From positions 52,886,001 to 52,950,000 of the forward strand of contig OZ024747.1 in assembly GCA_964016885.1 (NCBI GenBank): 64,000 nucleotides of DNA. The letters run 5' to 3'. Below the pieces are notes generated by a model. That model worked only from the letters and a program-made list of their open reading frames with translations, was not told where the DNA came from and did no database searches. Of the stretch, positions 55,701-64,000 are shown one piece after another. Positions within the stretch are counted from its first letter, which is position 1; every line of letters begins with the position of its first letter. The translations under genes were made by a program, and so were the position numbers. Origin of the DNA: Eledone cirrhosa. Lineage: Eukaryota.

Positions 55701-56935
55701 CTCTAACATTACAGCACCACAACACCACCACCACCACCTCTAACATTACAGCACCACAACACCACCACCACCACCTCTAACATTACAACACCACAACACC
55801 ACCACCACCACCACCTCTAACATTACAACACCACAACCACCACCACCTCTAACATTACAGCACCACAACACCACCTCCACCACCTCTAACATTACGGCAC
55901 TACAACACCACAACCACCTCTAACATTACAGCACCAAAACACCACCACCACCACCTCTAACATTACAGCACCACAACACCACCACCACCACCTCTAACAT
56001 TACAACACCACAACACCACCACCACCACCACCTCTAACATTACAACACCACAACCACCACCACCTCTAACATTACAGCACCACAACACCACCTCCACCAC
56101 CTCTAACATTACGGCACTACAACACCACAACCACCTCTAACATTACAGCACCACAACACCACCACCACCACCTCTAACATTACAGCACCACAACACCACC
56201 ACCACCTCTAACATTACAGCACCACAACACCACCACCTCTAACATTACAGCACAACACCACCACCACCTCTAACATTACAACACCACAACAACACCACCA
56301 CCACCACCACTAACATCACAGCTCTATAACCACCACCACCACCACCTCTAACATTACGGCACTACAACACCACAACCACCTCTAACATTACAACACCACA
56401 ACCACCACCACCACCTCTAACATTACAGCACCACAACACCACCACAACCACCTCTAACATTACAGCACTACAACACCACAACCACCTCTAACATTACAAC
56501 ACCACAACACCACCACCACCACCTTTAACATTACAGCACCACAACAACACCACCACCACCTCTAACATTACAGCACCAACAACAACACCACCCCCTACAC
56601 ACCACCTCTAACATTACAGCACCACAACACCACCACCACCACCCCTAACATTACAGCACTACACCACCACCACCACCAACTCTAACATTACAGCACCAAC
56701 AACAACACCACCACCACCACCTCTAACATTACAGCACCACAACTCCACCACCACCACCTCTAACATTACAGCACCACAACACCACCACCATAACCTCTAA
56801 CATTACAACACCACAACAACACCACCACCACCTCTAACATTACAACACCACAACAACACCACCACCACCACCACTAACATCACAGCTCTATAACCACCAC
56901 CACCACCACCTCTAACATTACAGCACCACCACCTA
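49750..56935. repeat. ~7.2-kb satellite, ~37-bp unit CTCTAACATTACAGCACCACAACACC(ACC)n
   Basis: About 190 units; constant anchor with variable ACC/AAC number; higher-order duplications. Confidence 0.97.
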
Positions 56936-57186
56936 CACCACCAACACCATCAATTCTACACCAGCTATCATCTTTTCCTCCCTCTTCTCCATATCTCACT
57001 CTCTTTCAATATTATTGCACCATCATCATTTCATGCAGCAGCAGAGTAGTGGTGGTGGTGGTAGTGGTGGTGGTGGCAGTGGTGGTGGTGGTGGCGGTAG
57101 TGTTAGTGGTAGTGGAGGGTTGGTGTGGTGTGGTATTGCAGGTAGTGTTGTGGTTATGGTGGTGTTTGTGGTGGTGTGATGGTGTG

Positions 57187-57233
<47 letters not shown>

Positions 57234-57237
<4 letters not shown>

Positions 57238-57536
57238 TATAAGTATTAATAAAATAGATGTTCTTTTGATGAATTACATTTTATTATACATATTTCGGAT
57301 GTACAACAGTACGTCCTCATCAGACAAAATATAATGATACATGACATACCCTGAGATGTTAAATGGTTAAGATTTAATCAAGGTAGTCTACCTTGATTAA
57401 ATCTTAACCATTTAACATCTCAGGGTATGTCATGTATCATTATATTTTGTCTGATGAGGACGTACTGTTGTACATCCGAAATATGTATAATAAAATGTAA
57501 TTGATCAAAAGAACATCTATTTTATTAATACTTATA

Positions 57537-57540
<4 letters not shown>
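57234..57540. mobile_element. Near-perfect 153-bp-arm palindrome (centre 57387) with a canonical hammerhead in each arm; TA-flanked
   Basis: 57444-57496: ATTTTGT-CTGATGA-GGAcGTAC tgtt GTACaTCC-GAAATATGTATA-ATAAAAT. Confidence 0.88.
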
Positions 57541-57575
<35 letters not shown>

Positions 57576-57785
57576 GAATAATCGAGTATCGAAAAATCGG
57601 CGCACGAGTTCACGATAAACAAAATTCGAGATGAGCGGCAGAGGGCTCCATAATTCAAATAAATCAGAGCTATAACTATCGTTAAAATCCCGTCACACGT
57701 AGAATATGTCTACAATCAACCAAACGACCGAAAAATTGCGATATGGAAGATTCGGGACAAAATGTATACATACTTTGAATACCTG

Positions 57786-57833
57786 TACAGGCAATATTTA
57801 TTAGTACGTATACTTTTTTTTGGAACACCCTGT
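57786..57833 (-). mobile_element. Possible Tc1/mariner terminal inverted repeat
   Basis: Minus strand TA-CAGGGTGTTCCAAAAAAAAG; partner end not found. Confidence 0.45.
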
Positions 57834-58074
57834 ACATATATGTATTTGTATGTAGAAATGTTTGATGTAACACGGTGGTGGTAACGGTGGTCGTGGTAAT
57901 GGTGGTTTTTGTTACCACCACTGTTACATCATCATCACCACCAACACCACAACTACTACCACAACTACTACCACCACCACCACCACCACCATCTTGTCCT
58001 TGATAAAAGTCATTCCTAGACCACTACCAATCATATATTTCTCGTACTAACCCCCCTCCCAAATAATACTAATA

Positions 58075-58470
58075 ATTGTTTCTATTTTAGGCACAAGGCC
58101 AGCAAATAAACTAGTACATTACTGGTACTTTATTTTATCGACCCCGTAAGGATGAAAGGCAAAGTTAACCTCGGCGGGATTTGAACTCAGATCATAAAGG
58201 GACGTAACTCTATGCTTCAAAGCATGGTGTCCGACTCTCTACCCATACTGCAAATCCACCTAAATAATACTAATAATATTACTAATATTAAGGGCGGTGG
58301 ATTGGCAGTATCGGTAGAAGATCGGACGCCATGCTTTGCATTAAAGAGTTACGCCCCTTTATAGTCTGAGTTCAAATCCCGCCGAGGTTAACTTTGCCTT
58401 TCATCCTTACGGGGGGTCGATAAAATAAAGTACCAGGATAATTGCTGGCCTTGTGCCAAAAGTAGAAACA
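58075..58470. mobile_element. Head-to-head pair of MetaSINE-like SINEs (58075-58260 minus, 58292-58470 plus)
   Basis: Both match the 31240 family; ~30-bp spacer. Confidence 0.88.
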
Positions 58471-58816
58471 AATATTACTAATATTAACAAGTAATGATAA
58501 TAATATTGATGATAATAAAAATCATAATGATTTCATTTATGGGCCACCAGGGCCGACATATAGGGGACAGTACAAAGACAGGGACAGTGGATGGAGGTTT
58601 ACAATAAAATTGAGTGAAAATACACAATAACAAAACCAATCTAACAACGAAAAAATATAAAAAAAATAAAATATATATATAAAAATTTAACAAATTTCAT
58701 TAAACCTTTTAAGGCTCCATGTGTGTATAAATATATATCTGCATATACATACATTTATGTATGTATATGTGCTTGTTTTTGTATGTTATTGTGTGTATGT
58801 GTATGTATTTATGCTA

Positions 58817-59180
58817 GAAGACATTGGTTAAGTGGTTAGTGTCTTTGAGTCATAAACATAGGGTCATTAGTTCGAATACCAGCGAGGTGTTTAATATAGA
58901 AATGTCTTCTACAGGACTAGAACTGTTTCATTCAAAAGAAATTTACAGTTCTAGTCCATGATGTTTAGACATTTCACATTACTTCAGTACACTGTTAAAC
59001 ATGATTTGTACCTGTAATTCAAAGGACCAGCCTTGTCACACGCTGTGTCATGCTGGATCTCCCTGAGAACTATGTTAAAGGTACACGTGTCTGTGTAATG
59101 CTCAGCCACTTGTATAGTAATTTAAGGAGCAAGCTGTCTCGTTGCTCAAACACTGCAACATTTGTTGTTGGAACTGACAG
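58817..59180 (+). mobile_element. tRNA-derived SINE interrupted by a hammerhead-family fragment (58890-58965)
   Basis: TGGTTAAGTGG A-box, AGTTCGAATACC B-box; body AATTCAAAGGACCAGCCTTGTCACA..CTCCCTGAGAACTA. Confidence 0.6.
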
Positions 59181-59209
59181 CAGAACACCAAACACACTCA
59201 TACACATAC

Positions 59210-59367
59210 ACACTGTCACAGTCACACAGAGTCGCACATACACACATACACACACATACACACACAGAATAACACTCAGAGTCACACACACACACAGTCA
59301 CAGTCACAGTCACACAGTCACACATAGTCGCACATACATACATACACACACAGAATAACACACAGAG

Positions 59368-59400
<33 letters not shown>

Positions 59401-60040
59401 CACAATCACAGTCACACAGTCACACAGAGTCACAGTCACACAGTCACACAGTCACACAGAGTCGCACATACACACATACATACACAGAATAACACAGAGT
59501 CACACACAGACTCACAGTCACTGAGTCACACATTCACATACACACTGTCACAGTCACACAGTCTCATAGAGTCGCACATACACACATACATACACAGAAT
59601 AACACACAGTCACACACAGTCACAGAGTCACACACACAGAGTCACAATCACAGTCACACAGTCACACAGAGTCAGACACACACAGAGTCACAGTCAGAGA
59701 GTCACACATACACACACAGAGTCACAATCACAGTCACACATAGTTGCACATACACAGAGTCACAGTCAGAGAGTCACACACACACACAGAGTCACAGAGT
59801 CACACAGAGTCGCACATACATACATACATACATACATATATACATACATACTCAGAATAACACACAGAGTCACACACAGAGTCACAATCACAGTCACACA
59901 GTCACAGTCACATACACTTAGAGTCACATAGACACAGTCACACATAGTCAAACAGCATCACACACACACAGAGTCACACACACACACACAGAGTCACATA
60001 GACACACAGACACACAGTCACACAGACACACACAAATACA
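59210..60040. repeat. (CACAGT/CACAGAGT)n complex repeat
   Basis: Direct reading. Confidence 0.9.
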
Positions 60041-60367
60041 CACATGTGTTTATGTAATCTTTGGTATGCACATAGTCAGTGGGTGAGGAGTCTGTAATCT
60101 ATTTATTTTTTTCAATTTCAAGTATCCCCCCCCCCCCCCCCCCCAACACACCCTTTCCAGTCTCTGAACCACAGAAGTAAACAAAATTCAATCAAAGCAG
60201 CAGCCAGGATGAATAAAATATAGCAGATGGAGGAGACTAAGAGCAATCGGGTGCATATATATATATAGTAATAATAATAAATTTGAAGACTAAAATCGAA
60301 AGAGGGCTCGATAAGGATAAATATATATCAAATATATAAGAACCATAGAACAAAATCTGTTATTTTA

Positions 60368-60409
<42 letters not shown>

Positions 60410-60510
60410 AAAAATTGAACGGGGACAAAACAGAGAGGCAGTACGAACAAAGGTTTATTAGTTTCACGCTCTTGAGAGTGGGTTGGTGGTATATATATAT
60501 ATATATATAT

Positions 60511-60708
60511 AACGAAGGAAATGTGGTAAGGAACCAAGTGGACCATAACGCACCAAAGTACTCAATACTTAAGGCAGTAGAGTGGGTAATAGGAACGAGT
60601 AGGACCCCGACGGCTGAGCTCAAGCCGTTTCGACGGCTAATTCTGGTCATTTAGTCCAGAATTAGCCGTCGAAACGGCTTGAGCTCAGCCGTCGGGGTCC
60701 TACTCGTT

Positions 60709-60713
<5 letters not shown>
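60511..60713 (-). mobile_element. Fold-back family A copy (palindrome 60589-60713)
   Basis: Reverse-orientation equivalent of 4311-4520 with the same arm ends. Confidence 0.85.
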
Positions 60714-60774
<61 letters not shown>

Positions 60775-60777
<3 letters not shown>

Positions 60778-61012
60778 AACAAGAAAGACGGTTTCTTTTG
60801 TTCATCTCTATTTTGTTATACGTATTTCAAAGACGTAAGCCAGTTGTATAACAATTGCCCTATGTGTTCTCTTCTGACGAAAATCCAAACAAGATGTAAA
60901 TATCTATTGAGATATGTTACCGGTCATACGTGTTAACTGCTTCGCCAACCAGTAAGCATATGTCCGAAATTCTCAAGTATATTAACTGCTACTTGAGAAT
61001 TTCGGACATATG

Positions 61013-61016
<4 letters not shown>
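60775..61016 (-). mobile_element. TA-flanked island with CAGAAGA-core hammerhead-like fold (60810-60884) and terminal 27-bp hairpin
   Basis: Minus strand: ATTTTCGT-CAGAAGA-..-GAAATACGTATA-ACAAAAT. Arms TAAGCATATGTCCGAAATTCTCAAGTA at 60953 and 60990. Confidence 0.65.
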
Positions 61017-61070
<54 letters not shown>

Positions 61071-61178
61071 GGAAACATTTGAACAGGGACAAAACAGAGA
61101 GGCAGTACAATAAATGTTTATTAATTTCACGCTCAGGAGAGTGGGGGGGGGGTATATATATATATATATATATATATA

Positions 61179-61392
61179 TGGAAAGTTATATTTAAATTGT
61201 TGGGTTACAAATCAACCTTTTCAAATACAAGTCGATGTTGTTACGGTATGTCGAATCTATTTATCTATAAAACTGTTTATATTGTATTTTGTCTGAGGAA
61301 GGCATAGCATATTGTTAATATGATATCCCTGAAATATATATAATGAAATAAATATGGTTTTATAAATATAGTTTCCATTTATTTAATATTGT
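61179..61392 (+). mobile_element. Second member of the 22119 family: inverted 3' tail fused to the hammerhead segment
   Basis: First ~31 bp are the reverse complement of 22545-22575; the rest matches 22307-22487; CTGAGGA at 61293. Confidence 0.85.
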
Positions 61393-61496
61393 ATATATAT
61401 ATATATATAAAGAATGAATAATAACAGGTAGACATCATAAAAAGGTAATTTATTCTGTGTGCTTACAAATGTTTCCACGGTGGTTATACAGCCTAG

Positions 61497-61577
<81 letters not shown>

Positions 61578-61659
61578 TATATATGTATGTATGTATGTAT
61601 GTATATTTGATGTGACAAAAATATCTAAGTCCACCCTGTAAAGTGGTCAAGTTGGTCAC

Positions 61660-61907
61660 TTGATGAAAAGTACCCAGTCTAACCTGTCAGTTGGTTGTTT
61701 TGGTGTTGCCACGATAAACAGCACCCTGTCCATGTCGTAAATGTGGTTGGTGATGGGAAGGGCATCCTGCCATAGAAACAAAACCAGAAACAGTTCTGTA
61801 TAGGCAAGACATGGTCACCTGATCTGACTTGTCTGACAACAGGACAACTCGTCTAACCCATACTAGCATGCAAAATGGACATTAAACGATTAATAATGAT
61901 GATGATC
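61660..61907 (+). mobile_element. Decayed SINE body with RTE-type tail
   Basis: GGTTGGTGATGGGAAGGGCATCC..ACTCGTCTAACCCATACTAGCATG..GATGATGAT. Confidence 0.75.
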
Positions 61908-61911
61908 ATGT

Positions 61912-61969
<58 letters not shown>

Positions 61970-62192
61970 ATATATATATATATAGAATAGAAAACGAAAA
62001 ATCAGTGATGCCTCTGAACTCAATTTATTGTGTGTTACAATTGTTTCACTGGCGGACAGCTCGAGACGCGATCATTGTGTGGATCTGTCTGATTCTGGAC
62101 CCGCAGGTTCGACGGACACGTCTAATGATTTCGGAGCATATTGTATGGAAGCATCTTAGCTACCATCAGACACACATATATATCTATATATA

Positions 62193-62245
<53 letters not shown>

Positions 62246-62619
62246 TGTGTATATATGTATATTGTGGTGTAAATGTGTAGATTGTGTAGTGTAGTGTAGT
62301 GTAGTGTTATGTGGTGTGGCCTGGTGTTGTGTGGTGCAGTGTTGTGCAGTGTGGTATGGTGTTGTGTTTTGTGTTGTGTAGTGTGGTGTTGTCTGGTATG
62401 CTCAGGTGTAGTGTAATGTGGACTGGTGTTGTGGTCTGGTGTAGCGTTGTGTAATGTGGTGTAGTGTGTGAGTGAGGAGGATTAAACTGGATTAAACTGG
62501 CTGAAGATGGGGGGGGGGTATCAGATGGTGTTTGGCTGAAAACTCGAAGAAAAATTTAAGAAATGCTAAGAAATTCGAGTGATGATGCTGGTAGTGGCGG
62601 TGGTGATGATGGTGATGGT

Positions 62620-63650
62620 GGTGGTAATGATGGTGGTGGTTGTGGTGGTAGTGGTGGTTGTAGTGGTGGGTGTAGTGTTGGTAGTGATGGTAGTGGTGGT
62701 GGTAATTATGATGGTGGTTGTGGTGGTAGTGGTGGTTGTAGTGGTGGGTGTAGTGTTGGTAGTGATGGTAGTGGTGGTGGTAATGATGGTGGTGGTTGTG
62801 GTGGTAGTGGTGGTTGTAGTGGTGGGTGTAGTGTTGGTAGTGATGGTAGTGGTGGTGGTAATGATGATGGTGGTTGTGGTGGTAGTGGTGGTTGTAGTGG
62901 GGGGTGTAGTGTTGGTCGTGATGGTAGTGGTGGTGGTAATTATGATGGTGGTTGTGGTGGTAGTGGTGGTTGTAGTGGTGGGTGTAGTGTTGGTAGTGAT
63001 GGTAGTGGTGGTGGTAATGATGATGGTGGTTGTGGTGGTAGTGGTGGTTGTAGTGGTGGGTGTAGTGTTGGTAGAGATGGTAGTGGTGGTGGTAATGATG
63101 ATGGTGGTTGTGGTGGTAGTGGTGGTTGTAGTGGTGGGTGTAGTGTTGGTAGAGATGGTAGTGGTGGTGGTAATGATGATGGTGGTTGTGGTGGTAGTGG
63201 TGGTTGTAGTGGTGGGTGTAGTGTTGGTAGAGATGGTAGTGGTGGTGGTAATGATGATGGTGGTTGTGGTGGTAGTGGTGGTTGTAGTGGTGGGTGTAGT
63301 GTTGGTAGTGATGGTAGTGGTGGTGGTAATGATGATGGTGGTTGTGGTGGTAGTGGTGGTTGTAGTGGGGGGTGTAGTGTTGGTCGTGATGGTAGTGGTG
63401 GTGGTAATTATGATGGTGGTTGTGGTGGTAGTGGTGGTTGTAGTGGTGGGTGTAGTGTTGGTAGTGATGGTAGTGGTGGTGGTAATGATGATGGTGGTTG
63501 TGGTGGTAGTGGTGGTTGTAGTGGTGGGTGTAGTGTTGGTAGAGATGGTAGTGGTGGTGGTAATGATGATGGTGGTTGTGGTGGTAGTGGTGGTTGTAGT
63601 GGTGGGTGTAGTGTTGGTCGTGATGGTAGTGGTGTTGGCGATGATGATAT
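62620..63650. repeat. 78-bp tandem repeat x~13 within (GGT)-rich DNA extending to the window end
   Basis: Unit period 62641 to 62719; open in three frames. Confidence 0.93.
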
Positions 63651-64000
63651 TGGTGGTGGAGGTAGTTGTAGTTGTGGTATTGGTGGTACTGTGGGGAGGG
63701 GGTATTGGTGGTGGTAATGCTGGTAATGGTGGTGGTGGTTGTGGTGGTGGTGGTTGTAGTGGTGTTTGTGGTGGTGATGACAGTGATGATGGTGATAGGA
63801 TAGTGATGATGTTGTTAGTAATGCTGGTGGTGGTGGTGGTGGTGGTGGTGGTGGTGTTGGTGGTGGTAGTGATAATGGTAGTGATAGTGATGATGATGGT
63901 GGCGGTGGCGGTGGTGATGTTGGTAATGCTGGTGGTTGTGGTGGTGAAGGTGGTAGTGATAGTGATGATTGTGGTTGTTATGGTGAAGATGTCCATTTAA

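Noticed and set aside
49750-56935. CRISPR-like constant repeat with variable spacers
   Set aside because: Spacers are only ACC/AAC triplets, not unique sequence; no cas genes; eukaryotic context
62566-63996. Thr-rich mucin-like 476-aa ORF
   Set aside because: Antisense reading of a (GGT)n repeat; no flanking non-repetitive coding sequence

Overview
Repeat-saturated, AT-rich animal genomic DNA, most likely octopus or another coleoid cephalopod (inferred from the SINE/LINE types and the extreme microsatellite density). I found no convincing host protein-coding gene. Almost all supplied ORFs are read-throughs of (TA)n, (CA)n, (TACA)n or triplet repeats. Real coding remnants are retrotransposon fragments: RTE-clade 3' ends, two with C2H2 fingers, and two RLE-type (R4/Dong-like) LINE pieces. 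The window also holds tRNA-derived SINEs, a ~610-bp tRNA-less retroposon, a non-autonomous Helitron, and satellites with 15, 28, ~37, 48, 78 and ~93 bp units. The main unexplained structure is a set of about 20 short islands embedded in (TA)n tracts, from roughly 10 families. Many carry a complete or degenerate type-I minimal hammerhead ribozyme fold and are arranged as long fold-back palindromes with recurrent end points. These are best explained as termini of Penelope-like retroelements, although no Penelope ORF is present. All structures were read by eye, and coordinates are approximate to a few bases.
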